A DNA stretch of 64,000 bases from Acidimicrobiia bacterium (lineage in GTDB: Bacteria; Actinomycetota; Acidimicrobiia; Spongiisociales; ZC4RG35): assembly GCA_036555105.1 (NCBI GenBank), contig DATBMA010000062.1, forward strand, positions 7,063 through 71,062. The letters are read 5' to 3'. Position 1 is the first letter of the stretch; each line of letters opens with the position of its first letter. Under the pieces are notes generated by a model, which was given only the letters and a program-made list of their open reading frames with translations, was not told where the DNA came from and ran no database searches. Of the stretch, positions 45,116 to 54,664 are shown one piece after another. Both the position numbers and the translations under genes were made by a program.

Positions 45116-47068
45116 ATGGGCCGGGTGTTAACTGCCGAAGACCTCTGGACGCTGGCGCGGGTTGGCAGGCCGGCGCCGGCGGGCGCAGGGCGGGTGGTGG
45201 TTCCGGTCACCGAGCACGACATCGCCGAGAACAACTCCACCAGCCGGCTGTGGCTGGTGGACGGGGACGGCCCGCCTCGCCCGCTTACCGCGGCCGGCCG
45301 GGACGCCGCCAAGCCAGTTGTCTCCCCGGCCGGCGACCGCCTGATCTTCGTGAGGAAGGTCGCCGACCGGCCACAACTCCATCTCATGCCGATCGACGGC
45401 GGGGAACCGGAGCCGATCACCGACCTCCCCCTGGGCGTGCACGGGGGGAGATGGATGCCGGATGGCAGGCGGCTGGTGGTGCTTGCCAACCTCTTCAGGG
45501 GCCACCTGACGATCGAAGAGACGGCAGCCGAGCAGGAGCTCAGGCAAGCCCGGAAATTCGAAGTGCACGTCACCGAAGACGCGGTGTACCGCTATTGGGA
45601 TGCATGGCTCACCGGAGGTGAGACCCCCCATCTGTTCATGCTCGATCTGGACGGAGGGCAACTGCGGGACCTGACCCCGGACGCCGTCCGCTGGTGGCTC
45701 TGGCCGAGCACCGACGATCCCTTGCAGGAGTTCGACGTCGCCCCTGACGGATCCGAGATGGCATTCGCCGCAGACCGCAGCGAGCCTCCGCACCGATTCC
45801 TCCACTGGGGGGTATACCGACTCCGGCTGGACGACCTTGCCACCACCCTGATCACCGGCGAAGCCACCGGCCATTGTCACCGACCTCGGTACTCCCCCGA
45901 TGGCCGCTCGCTCGTGTACGGACGGCAGTACGACCTCGACTTCTACGCGGACCGTGTCCGGCTTGCCAAGGTCGACCTCGCCTCGGGCGAGCACACGATC
46001 CTGACCGACCACTGGGACCAATCCGCTGCCGAGTGGGAGCACCACCCGGACGGATCGCTCTTGCTCGTCGCCGAGCACAACGCTCGCCAGCATCTCTACC
46101 GCCTGGATGACGGTGACCACGAGCCGGTGCTGGTTGCGTCCGGCGGGACGATCGACGGTCCCCGGATCTCGCCGGAGGGCGCGGTGTACTCGTTGCACCA
46201 CACCCTCTCCCATCCACCTGAGGTCGTGAGGGTGGAAGGCGGCTCACTGGTGCCGGTCACCTCGTTCACCGAGGCCGGCCTGAGCGGGATCGAGTTTGGC
46301 GAAGTCAGCGACCTCGCGGTGGAGGGAGCTGACGGGGCCGCGATCCAAGCCTTCCTGGTGATGCCGCCTGCGCCCCCGGCCGCGACGCCGCTGCCGCTGG
46401 TTCACATGATCCACGGCGGCCCCCATGCCACGTTCGGAGATGCATGGCACTGGCGATGGAACGCCCACGTCTTCGCTTCTCCCGGTTTCACCGTCTGCCT
46501 CGTCAACTTCCATGGATCGACCTCGTTCGGGCAGGCATTCACGGAGTCGATCTCGGGCGAATGGGGGGACAAGCCATTCCGCGATATCGAGGCCACGACC
46601 GACCACCTGCTGGGCCTAGGCCTGGTCGATCCAGCGCGGATGGCGGTCGCAGGCGGCTCCTACGGCGGCTACCTCACCGCCTACATCACGTCGCAGACCA
46701 GTCGTTATGCGGCGGCGGTGGCGCACGCCGCCGTCACCAACCTCGGTGCGATGTATGCCTCCGACGTGACCTCGGGGAGGGCCCGGGCATACGGGGCCGA
46801 GGTCTGGGAAGACCTGGCGGCGGTCGAGCGTTGGAGCCCATCGGCCCACGCCGGCGGCTACTCGACCCCCACCCTGGTGGTACATGGTGAGCGCGACTAT
46901 CGGGTGCCGTTGACCCAGGGCCTCGAGCTCTATGGAGTGCTGCGGGCCAAAGGGGTCCCTGCCCGCCTCCTGTACTACCCGGGGGAGAATCACTGGATCC
47001 TCCACCCGCAGAGCTCGCTGCACTGGTATCAGGAAGTCCTCGGATGGCTCAAGCTCTACTTGACATAG
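45116..47068 (+). CDS. S9-family serine peptidase (prolyl oligopeptidase / acylaminoacyl-peptidase-like) with an N-terminal beta-propeller.
   Basis: It has the catalytic GGSYGGYL, a later HGERDYRVP and GENHW (the Asp and His of the triad), and is 650 aa long. Confidence 0.8.
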   Translation: MGRVLTAEDLWTLARVGRPAPAGAGRVVVPVTEHDIAENNSTSRLWLVDGDGPPRPLTAAGRDAAKPVVSPAGDRLIFVRKVADRPQLHLMPIDGGEPEPITDLPLGVHGGRWMPDGRRLVVLANLFRGHLTIEETAAEQELRQARKFEVHVTEDAVYRYWDAWLTGGETPHLFMLDLDGGQLRDLTPDAVRWWLWPSTDDPLQEFDVAPDGSEMAFAADRSEPPHRFLHWGVYRLRLDDLATTLITGEATGHCHRPRYSPDGRSLVYGRQYDLDFYADRVRLAKVDLASGEHTILTDHWDQSAAEWEHHPDGSLLLVAEHNARQHLYRLDDGDHEPVLVASGGTIDGPRISPEGAVYSLHHTLSHPPEVVRVEGGSLVPVTSFTEAGLSGIEFGEVSDLAVEGADGAAIQAFLVMPPAPPAATPLPLVHMIHGGPHATFGDAWHWRWNAHVFASPGFTVCLVNFHGSTSFGQAFTESISGEWGDKPFRDIEATTDHLLGLGLVDPARMAVAGGSYGGYLTAYITSQTSRYAAAVAHAAVTNLGAMYASDVTSGRARAYGAEVWEDLAAVERWSPSAHAGGYSTPTLVVHGERDYRVPLTQGLELYGVLRAKGVPARLLYYPGENHWILHPQSSLHWYQEVLGWLKLYLT

Positions 47069-47144
47069 AGTTCTTACGCGCGCAGTGGCGGGTAAGACGA
47101 TTTTGTCATTTGCTCGCTCCCCCAACCGCAGACCTGGAGGGGAG

Positions 47145-47783
47145 ATGAGGCCTGAGGTCGTGGTGGTGGTGGCCGGGGGCGAGTCCCTCCCGGCTGCCCT
47201 CCTTCATGAGATCCCTGAAGGTGCCTACGTGATCGCAGCCGATGGCGGTCTCGACCAGGCCAGGAAGCTCGGCCTCGAGGTCGCCCTGGTGATCGGTGAC
47301 CTCGACTCCACCATCGGGTCACCGGCGGCGGGGGATGATCCGGAGACGGTCCGCCTGCCGGTCGACAAGGACCTCACCGACCTCGAGGCCGCGCTCACGC
47401 GGGCCGCCTCCCTCGATCCCGATCGAATCGTGGTCCTCGGCGGCTTCGGCGGCAGGCTCGGGCACCTCATCGCCAATGCCAACCTGATCGCGGCCGCCGA
47501 CCTCCGGCCATTCGGGATCGAGTGGGTCGGCGCCGGCGGCCGGGTGACGGTGGTGACGGACGTCGTCGAGCTGCACGGCTCCCCCGGAGACCTGGTGGCG
47601 CTGGTCCCGGTGGGGGGAGACTGCGGAGGGGTGTCCGCCCGTGGCTTCCGATGGGAGCTCGACGGTGCCACCCTCGAGTTCGGGACGACTCGCGGGGTCT
47701 CGAATGAGATGACCTCTCCCGTGGCCAAGGTGACCGTTGGGCACGGCTGCCTGCTGGTGATCCAGGAGTTCTCCCGGAGATAG
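47145..47783 (+). CDS. Thiamine pyrophosphokinase.
   Basis: The start was set at ATG 47145 after the RBS GGAGGGG. It has the TPK-like core VVVVAGGE...YVIAADGG...VIGDLDS. Confidence 0.6.
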   Translation: MRPEVVVVVAGGESLPAALLHEIPEGAYVIAADGGLDQARKLGLEVALVIGDLDSTIGSPAAGDDPETVRLPVDKDLTDLEAALTRAASLDPDRIVVLGGFGGRLGHLIANANLIAAADLRPFGIEWVGAGGRVTVVTDVVELHGSPGDLVALVPVGGDCGGVSARGFRWELDGATLEFGTTRGVSNEMTSPVAKVTVGHGCLLVIQEFSRR

Positions 47784-47793
47784 GAGCAGATGG

Positions 47794-48081
47794 TCAGGCG
47801 GCCGGATCCGACCTGAGGTCCTCGACCATGAAGCGGGCGTAGGCCCGCGGCCATGCCTCACCCTCTCTGGGCGGCACTCGGGAGGCCGCCACCAACAGGT
47901 AGACGAGCCTGCTCTCGGTCAAATCCGGCCCGAGCAGCGCCCGGGTCCGGCCAACCATGCGCTGCGCATACCAGAGGGGCCACTCCGGGTCCGCTCCGTC
48001 CACGTCGGCGAAGGCATCGTGGTGGGCTTCCGAGACCTCAGTCAGCAGGGCAGCCAATTGCTCTTCCACTGCCTCAAACAT
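47794..48081 (-). CDS. Small hypothetical protein (95 aa).
   Basis: The ORF begins MFEAVEEQLAALLTEV and is the last gene of the beta-oxidation operon. The partial gene at 1-135 begins with the same six residues, MFEAVE. Confidence 0.4.
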   Translation of the reverse strand: MFEAVEEQLAALLTEVSEAHHDAFADVDGADPEWPLWYAQRMVGRTRALLGPDLTESRLVYLLVAASRVPPREGEAWPRAYARFMVEDLRSDPAA

Positions 48082-49045
48082 ATACCGCCGGGTTGGCGCA
48101 CTCGGGCATCCTCTCCCCTGCCAGCCCGGCCAGGAGGTTGCTCACGGCCAGGTCCGCCATCGCCAGGCGAGTCTCCTCAGATGCCGAGCCCAGGTGGGGG
48201 ATGATCAGGCAGTTGGGCCGCGCCATCAATGGATGATCCGGGGGCAAGGGCTCGGGATCTGTCACGTCGAGGGCGGCTGCCCAGATCTGGCCGGAAGCGA
48301 GAGCAGCATCGAGAGCGGCGTGATCAACCAGCCCCCCACGGGAGATGTTGACCAGCAAGGCGGTCGGCTTCATCAACCCGAGGGCATCTGCATCGATCAA
48401 GTTCCTGGTCGAGTCGTTGAGCGGTGTAGACAGCACCACGACGTCAGACTCGGCCAGCAATTGGTCAGGATGCCGGTAGGCAACGCCGAGCTCGGCTTCG
48501 GCCTCCGGGTGGCGGCGGGGCCCGGTATAGAGGAGATGGCAATCGAAGCCCCGCAGCCTGCGAGCCACCGCCGTGCCGATCCGCCCCAGGCCGACGATCC
48601 CCACAGTCGCACCATGCAAGTCCTTCCCAACCAAGAGGTCGGGCACCCACTGTCCCCAGAGGCCGGCCCGGACGTGCTCCGCCCCTTCGGTTACCCGCCG
48701 CAAGCAGTCGAGCATCAGAGCCAGGGCAGTGTCGGCCGTGGTCTCGGTGAGAACGCCGGGGGTGTGGCCTACCGGTATGCCGCGCACGATGCACTCGGCC
48801 AGGTCGATGTTGTCAACCCCGACGGCCATCTGCGATATCGCCTTCAGCCGGGGTGCGACCTCCAACAAGGCTGCATCTACCCGATCGGTCAGCAGGCAGA
48901 AGAGACCGTCCGCCTCCGCCACCACTTCCGCAAGCTTTTCGGGCGGGACCGGGCTGTCCTCGGGCCAAACCCAGAGGTCGTGATCGGCCGAGAGACGGTC
49001 GGGGATCACAGGATGGGCCACTCTGGTGACGACGATCAGGGCCAT
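48074..49045 (-). CDS. D-isomer-specific 2-hydroxyacid dehydrogenase (glyoxylate/hydroxypyruvate reductase-like).
   Basis: The start was set at ATG 49045 (reading MALIVVTRV). It has the NAD-binding motif GIVGLGRIGTAVARRL and the catalytic-region residues RGG...D...H. Confidence 0.8.
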   Translation of the reverse strand: MALIVVTRVAHPVIPDRLSADHDLWVWPEDSPVPPEKLAEVVAEADGLFCLLTDRVDAALLEVAPRLKAISQMAVGVDNIDLAECIVRGIPVGHTPGVLTETTADTALALMLDCLRRVTEGAEHVRAGLWGQWVPDLLVGKDLHGATVGIVGLGRIGTAVARRLRGFDCHLLYTGPRRHPEAEAELGVAYRHPDQLLAESDVVVLSTPLNDSTRNLIDADALGLMKPTALLVNISRGGLVDHAALDAALASGQIWAAALDVTDPEPLPPDHPLMARPNCLIIPHLGSASEETRLAMADLAVSNLLAGLAGERMPECANPAVYV

Positions 49046-49070
49046 CAGGGACCGGAGCCGGCGATCGGTC

Positions 49071-50267
49071 TCATCGCGGGATCTGGGACCAGGGCAGGTC
49101 GCGGTCGACCCGGGGCTCGCCAGGCAGCCCCAGCACCCGCTCTCCGAGGATGTTGCGCATGATCTCGGACGTTCCCCCCTCGATCGAGTTGGCACGCGCC
49201 CGCAGGAAGCGCATCTGGTGACTGTGGTGGCGGCTGCTCTCCTGGTCGGGGATGGAGAGCCCGTATCCATCCGGATACAGCATCCCCTCCGGTCCCATGA
49301 GATCGACACAGAACTCCCCGATCCTTCGATTGAGCTCGGCCCACTGCAACTTGGTGGTCGATCCGGCCGGGCCCGGCGTGCCTGACATGGCACCGCGAGC
49401 TGCCCTTCGCCCGGTCAGGCGGAGAACCTCGGCCTCGCACCAGAGGCGCATCAAGCGGTCGCGGCGCAGGGAGTCGCTCACATCACGGCGCCGCCATATG
49501 GAGACCGCCCCGGCGATCGGCCCCTCGCCGCGGGCAAGCGGGTTCGAGCCGATCGCCACCCGCTCGTTCATCAGCGTGGTCAGGGAGACCGACCATCCCT
49601 CCCCTACGGCCCCGATGCGGTTGCCGTCTGGGACTCTGACCTCGGTCAGGTACACCTCGTTGAATTCGGCCTCTCCCGTCATCTGCCGCAGCGGACGCAC
49701 CTCGATCCCGGGAGCCGTCATGTCGACCACGAAGTAGGTGAGCCCGGCATGCTTGGGCAGCGCAGAGTCGTGTCGAGCCACCAGCATCCCCCAACGCGCC
49801 AGATGGGCGAAGGTGCTCCAGACCTTCTGCCCGCTGATGACCCACTCATCGCCATCGCGCACGGCACTCGTGGAGAGGCCGGCGAGATCCGACCCTGCCC
49901 CCGGCTCGGAGAAGAGCTGGCACCAGATCTCGTCGGCAGTGAAGAGGGGCCGCAGCCATCGGCTGAGTTGCGGGTCGGTGGCGTGGGCGATGAGGGTGGG
50001 GGCTCCCATGCCATAGCCCAGCAGGTTGCGCCTGATGTTGGAGATAGAGGCTCCGGCTGCGAGCAAGCGATCGAAGACAACCTGCTGCATGGCGGGCGCC
50101 ACCCCCAGACCCCCTCTCCCCACCGGGAAATGCACCCAGGCGAGCCCAAGGTCGAACTGCGCTGCCCAGAAACGTGAGTCGGGAGTCGATCCGGGCGGAT
50201 TGGCGGCGAGGAGCGCGTCCAACCGTGACTCGACCAGCGCGGCGGGATCGACATTCACCATCGCCAC
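49071..50267 (-). CDS. Acyl-CoA dehydrogenase.
   Basis: It is 398 aa long and ACAD-family throughout (LFSEPGAGSDLAG; a C-terminal ARANSIEGGTSEIMRNILGE). Confidence 0.85.
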   Translation of the reverse strand: MAMVNVDPAALVESRLDALLAANPPGSTPDSRFWAAQFDLGLAWVHFPVGRGGLGVAPAMQQVVFDRLLAAGASISNIRRNLLGYGMGAPTLIAHATDPQLSRWLRPLFTADEIWCQLFSEPGAGSDLAGLSTSAVRDGDEWVISGQKVWSTFAHLARWGMLVARHDSALPKHAGLTYFVVDMTAPGIEVRPLRQMTGEAEFNEVYLTEVRVPDGNRIGAVGEGWSVSLTTLMNERVAIGSNPLARGEGPIAGAVSIWRRRDVSDSLRRDRLMRLWCEAEVLRLTGRRAARGAMSGTPGPAGSTTKLQWAELNRRIGEFCVDLMGPEGMLYPDGYGLSIPDQESSRHHSHQMRFLRARANSIEGGTSEIMRNILGERVLGLPGEPRVDRDLPWSQIPR

Positions 50268-51094
50268 TCCCCGGTCAGGACCGGGGCCGATCGCTCCTGG
50301 GCGATCATGTGGACACTCACCCCGTCGTCCTCCTCCCAGATGCTGACCTCCATCGTCTCACCCGGGTATGCCACCCCGCTGAACCTGGCCCACAGTGATC
50401 CCAGTCGAGCTGTGTCACCGCCCAACACCGAGTCGACCACCGCCTTGCATGCGATCCCGTACGAGCACAGGCCATGCAAGATCGGGCGGTCGTAGCCGGC
50501 GAAGGCGGCAAAGCCCGGGTCGGCGTGAAGGGGGTTCTTGTCTCCAGACAGCCGGTAGAGCAGCGCCTGTTGGTGGGTCGTCTGCGACTCCACCACGACG
50601 TCGGGCTCCCGGGCCGGTGGGGTGGGGGTGCGGGCTGGGCCGGGGTCACCCCCGAACCCACCCTCACCTTTGAATAGGATCGAGAGGCGATTCACGAAGA
50701 GCGGGCCTGATCCGTCTTCGCTCTCGAGCACCACCACGACCAGGGCATGGCGACCTTTGTCGTAGATCGCCTCGATCCGGCCCTTCGTCACTACCTGCCC
50801 GTTGGGGGGCAGGGGTCGAAGCAGGGTCAGCCGGTGGTCACCGTGCAAAGCCGAGGCCAGGCTGACGTCCATCCCGTCAACTCCTCCCACCGCGAAGACA
50901 TCCGGGAACAGCGGAACTGTGGCGAACGTAGGAAGGACCTTCAGATGTGGCTCGTAGCAATAGGCCAGATCGTCCTGGCCGGGTCGCAGCCCCGCTCCCA
51001 GTCCCAGGTGGTAGAGGATCACCCGGTCTTCGTCCCAGGAGAAGTCGCTGATTTGGAGCTCGGCGCCGACAGCCCGGGTCGGATCGACTGGCAT
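50255..51094 (-). CDS. MaoC-like double hot-dog (R)-specific enoyl-CoA hydratase / hydroxyacyl dehydratase.
   Basis: The start was set at ATG 51094 (reading MPVDPTRAVG). It has two hot-dog halves, and the hydratase-2 motif region YRLSGDKNPLHADP is present. Confidence 0.75.
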   Translation of the reverse strand: MPVDPTRAVGAELQISDFSWDEDRVILYHLGLGAGLRPGQDDLAYCYEPHLKVLPTFATVPLFPDVFAVGGVDGMDVSLASALHGDHRLTLLRPLPPNGQVVTKGRIEAIYDKGRHALVVVVLESEDGSGPLFVNRLSILFKGEGGFGGDPGPARTPTPPAREPDVVVESQTTHQQALLYRLSGDKNPLHADPGFAAFAGYDRPILHGLCSYGIACKAVVDSVLGGDTARLGSLWARFSGVAYPGETMEVSIWEEDDGVSVHMIAQERSAPVLTGEWRW

Positions 51095-51096
51095 CC

Positions 51097-52014
51097 CTAG
51101 CCGCCTTCGGTTGAGGCGAGCATCGAGGCGAGAAGCATGATCTCCTCGGTGGAGTTCGATGGTGTGACCAGCTCGGAGGAGTCGGTTATCTCGCTCAGGT
51201 GGGCCTCCACCTCCTCGAGGCTCGGCACCCTGCCCGACCCGGCAAACCAACCTCGGTTGGTAGAGATGACGATCGACCCATACCGGCCCCCTCCCGCGGT
51301 GAAGATCCGATGGGTGAGATCACACCTCTCCGAGCAGAGATAGAGGACCATCGGCATGACCTGGGCCGGCTCCACCTGCCCTGCCAACGGGCCGAGCAGC
51401 TCCTCTGTCATACGGGTCCGGGCGATGGGAGCGATCACGTTGGATTTGATCCCGTACTTGGCGCCTTCGATGGCGACTACGTTCGAGAGCCCGACCAGCC
51501 CCATCTTGGCCGCCGCGTAATTTGCCTGGCCGAAGTTGCCGAACAACCCCGACCCGGAGCTGGTGAAGACGAAGCGGCCGTAGCCGGCTTCCTTCATCAC
51601 CGGGTAGGCGGCAATCGACACATTGAAAGCGCCACCCAGATGGACGTCGATGACTGGATCGAGCTCCTCGCTGGTCAACTTGGCGAAGCTGCGATCGCGC
51701 AGGATCCCCGCGTTGCTTATGACGATGTCAACCGAGCCGAAGGCCGCCAGCGCAGCCTCGACCACGGCCTTGCCTCCGGCCGGGGAGGCGATGGAGTCGT
51801 AGTTGGCGAGCGCCTCCCCTCCAGCCGCCGTGATCCCGGCGACGACCGCATCAGCCGGGCCGGTGCCGGAGCCCGTCCCGTCGACCCCTCCTCCGAGGTC
51901 GTTGACCACCACCCTGGCGCCCCGGCGGGCGAGCTCGGCGGCGTAGGCGCGGCCCAGTCCTCCTCCCCCTCCGGTGACGATCGCCGTCCGGCCGTCGAAT
52001 CCGATCTGTTCCAT
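51097..52014 (-). CDS. SDR-family dehydrogenase of the MFE-2 / 3-hydroxyacyl-CoA dehydrogenase type.
   Basis: It has TGGGGGLG in a Rossmann fold and the catalytic YAAAK. Confidence 0.8.
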   Translation of the reverse strand: MEQIGFDGRTAIVTGGGGGLGRAYAAELARRGARVVVNDLGGGVDGTGSGTGPADAVVAGITAAGGEALANYDSIASPAGGKAVVEAALAAFGSVDIVISNAGILRDRSFAKLTSEELDPVIDVHLGGAFNVSIAAYPVMKEAGYGRFVFTSSGSGLFGNFGQANYAAAKMGLVGLSNVVAIEGAKYGIKSNVIAPIARTRMTEELLGPLAGQVEPAQVMPMVLYLCSERCDLTHRIFTAGGGRYGSIVISTNRGWFAGSGRVPSLEEVEAHLSEITDSSELVTPSNSTEEIMLLASMLASTEGG

Positions 52015-52031
52015 GGGTTGTGGCGAGTCGC

Positions 52032-53891
52032 TCAGAGGTCTGCAGGCCCGCCGTACATGTCGTCGATCGACCCCTGGTACTTCTCCAGCACCACCCGGCG
52101 CTTGAGCTTGAGCGATGGGGTGATCTCACCGGACTCGGGCGTCCAGACGTCGGACACGATGACGAACTTCTTCACCTGCTCGACCCTGGACACCTTCTCG
52201 TTGGCCGCGTCCAGCGCCTTCTGCACCTCGACCCGCACCTCGGCCAACCCGCTGAAGGAGGTCATGTCCGTGTATTCGAGGCTGTTGGCCTTGGCCCATC
52301 CAGGCGCCTCATCGGGGTCGAGGGAAATGACCATCGACAGGAACTGCCTGCCATCACCGACCATGCAGGCGTGGGCCACGAGAGGATGGTTCTTGATCGC
52401 CGTCTCCAGGGTCGCCGGGGCGATGTTCTTGCCGGCGGCGGTGATGATGATCTCCTTCTTGCGGCCGACGATGAACAGGAAGCCGTCCTCGTCGAACCGG
52501 CCGAGGTCACCCGAGTGGATCCATCCGTCCTTGGTGAAGGTGGCGGCCGTCTCCTCTGGCATCTTGTAATAGCCGGCGGTGACCACTCCCCCTCTCATCA
52601 TGATCTCGCCGTCCTCAGCCAGCTCCACCTCGACCCCGGGAATGGCCTTCCCGATCGAGCCGATCCGATCGGCGCCGGGAAGGTTGGTCGTGGCAGGACC
52701 GGTGGTCTCGCTCATGCCGTACAGCTCGTAGAGAGGCACCCCGACTGCCCGGAAGAAGCGAATGAGGTCGTCGTTGATCGGAGCAGCGGCGGTGATCGCG
52801 ATGAGCAATTGGTCCAGGCCGAGGCCGTGCCTCACCTTGGAGAACACGAGACGTTCGAACACGGCGTGCTTGACCCTGCGACCGCCGGGCGAGCGCCGCC
52901 CGGCTTCCTGATCCGCCACCACCTCCAAGCCGTTTTTGAGGGCGGCCTTGATGATTCCTTCCCGTTTGGGATCCTCTGCGAAGCGCGCAAGGAGCCGTGA
53001 GTGGAACTTCTCCCACACTCGCGGCACTGCCACGAACACGGTGGGGCGGGCCTTGGTTATGTAGTCGAGCACCCGACCGAGGTCGGGGCAGTAGAACACC
53101 TCGCCCGCCTTGTAGAGGCCCAGGTAGTGGGTGGCGAGCCGCTCGGCGATGTGGGCGAGCGGGAGATAGCTCACCAGCCTGGGGTTGTCCGGGATCTCGA
53201 TCGCTCGCACGAGGCATTCGGTCGTCCACAGCACGTTGCGATGGGTGATCATCACGCCCTTGGGGGTGCCAGTGGTGCCGCTCGTGTAGATCAGGGTGGC
53301 CAGTCCGTCGGGTCTGGCGGCGGCGGCTGCCCTCGTCACCAGGTCATGGTCTTCGGCCAGCGCCTTGCGTCCACGGGCGACCAGGTCCTCCCAAGAGAGC
53401 ACCCAGTCGGTGGTGTCGTAGTTGTCGGCTCCCTCCATCAGCACGATGTAACGGAGCTCCGGCAGCTCCGACTTGATCGCCTCCCACCGTTTCATGAACG
53501 TGAGATCCTCGAGGATGGCGACCTTGGCAGAGCAGTTCGAGGCGATGTACTGGATCTGGCCCTGGGCGAGGGTCGAGTAGATGGTCACCCCGGTGCCGGC
53601 GGCATGCACCGCCCCGAGGTCGGCGATGACATGCTCGGGCCGGTTGCCGGCCATGATGGCGACAAAGTCGCCAGCTCCCACGCCGAGCCCGATCAACCCG
53701 GCCGCGACCTCGTGGACCGCGGTCCGGTAGCCGGACCAGGTGAGATCCTTCCAATCCTCCCCTTCCTTCCACCAGATGGCGGACTTGTCGGGGAAGTCAC
53801 GGGCATTGCGGTCGATCACGTCGACCAGGGTCTTGCCCTCGACGGTTGCGTCGATCTCGGACCGCTCTTGCAGGACGGTGCTGCGGGTCAT
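52032..53891 (-). CDS. Long-chain fatty-acid--CoA ligase (AMP-forming).
   Basis: The start was set at ATG 53891 (reading MTRSTVLQERSEI) after the RBS GGAGGAGG. It has the AMP-binding motif YTSGTTGTPKGV. Confidence 0.85.
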   Translation of the reverse strand: MTRSTVLQERSEIDATVEGKTLVDVIDRNARDFPDKSAIWWKEGEDWKDLTWSGYRTAVHEVAAGLIGLGVGAGDFVAIMAGNRPEHVIADLGAVHAAGTGVTIYSTLAQGQIQYIASNCSAKVAILEDLTFMKRWEAIKSELPELRYIVLMEGADNYDTTDWVLSWEDLVARGRKALAEDHDLVTRAAAAARPDGLATLIYTSGTTGTPKGVMITHRNVLWTTECLVRAIEIPDNPRLVSYLPLAHIAERLATHYLGLYKAGEVFYCPDLGRVLDYITKARPTVFVAVPRVWEKFHSRLLARFAEDPKREGIIKAALKNGLEVVADQEAGRRSPGGRRVKHAVFERLVFSKVRHGLGLDQLLIAITAAAPINDDLIRFFRAVGVPLYELYGMSETTGPATTNLPGADRIGSIGKAIPGVEVELAEDGEIMMRGGVVTAGYYKMPEETAATFTKDGWIHSGDLGRFDEDGFLFIVGRKKEIIITAAGKNIAPATLETAIKNHPLVAHACMVGDGRQFLSMVISLDPDEAPGWAKANSLEYTDMTSFSGLAEVRVEVQKALDAANEKVSRVEQVKKFVIVSDVWTPESGEITPSLKLKRRVVLEKYQGSIDDMYGGPADL

Positions 53892-54040
53892 TCCTCCTCC
53901 TGTCCAGGCACTTGGCTGTCCAAGCGATTGGCTGTCAAAGCGGTTGGCATTTGAGCCCTTGGCGCCCGGGCAGCATACCGGCCGGGGTCGGGAACGTCCC
54001 GGCCGGTCCCATGGCCCAGCCGCGCTGCTTTCATGAGCCC

Positions 54041-54664
54041 ATGTCATCCAAGACGATCACGGTCACCGGGAACGGCGCCGCCTCGGGAGCGCCGGATGTA
54101 TGCAGGGTCAACCTGGGCGTGAGCGTGGCCAGGGCAGGGGTGGGTGAGGCCGCCTCCGAGGCCGATGCCGCGCTGCAGGCGATGCTGGCAGTTCTCACCG
54201 CCAAGGGAGTGGCCAAGGAAGATATCCGTACAGTCGACTACGGGATCCATCCTGAATACGAGCACCGTCCCGAAGGCGGGCGGTTCATCGGCTTCCGAAT
54301 TCGGAATCAGGTAGAGGCGCTCGTGAGGAGTGCGGAAGACGTCGGCGATGTGCTCACCGCTGTGGTGGCAGCCGGGGGCGACGCAGTCGAGGTGCAGGGG
54401 CTTACGTTCGAGGTGTCGGACCCGGCCGCCCTGCTCTTACATGCACGCGATCTGGCGTGGGCCGACGCCGTGGCGAAGGCGGGCCAACTAGCCAAGCTGG
54501 CCGGCGCCAAGCTTGGCCCGGCCCGGCGCATCGAGGAGGGGAGGCTCGGGCCTCCGGGACCGATGCCGATGGCAAGGCTCGCCATGGCCGACAGCACTCC
54601 CATCGAGCCTGGCACGAGCACACTGCGCACGTCGATCACGGTCACCTTCTCGATCGGAAAGTGA
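54041..54664 (+). CDS. SIMPL (DUF541) domain protein.
   Basis: The start was set at ATG 54041 (reading MSSKTITVTGNGAASGAPD), which matches SIMPL-family N-termini. Confidence 0.65.
   Translation: MSSKTITVTGNGAASGAPDVCRVNLGVSVARAGVGEAASEADAALQAMLAVLTAKGVAKEDIRTVDYGIHPEYEHRPEGGRFIGFRIRNQVEALVRSAEDVGDVLTAVVAAGGDAVEVQGLTFEVSDPAALLLHARDLAWADAVAKAGQLAKLAGAKLGPARRIEEGRLGPPGPMPMARLAMADSTPIEPGTSTLRTSITVTFSIGK

Noticed and set aside
47069-47144. A TPP riboswitch upstream of the thiamine pyrophosphokinase gene.
   Set aside because: The 76-nt leader lacks the conserved CUGAGA and pyrimidine-sensing helix elements of THI-box riboswitches.
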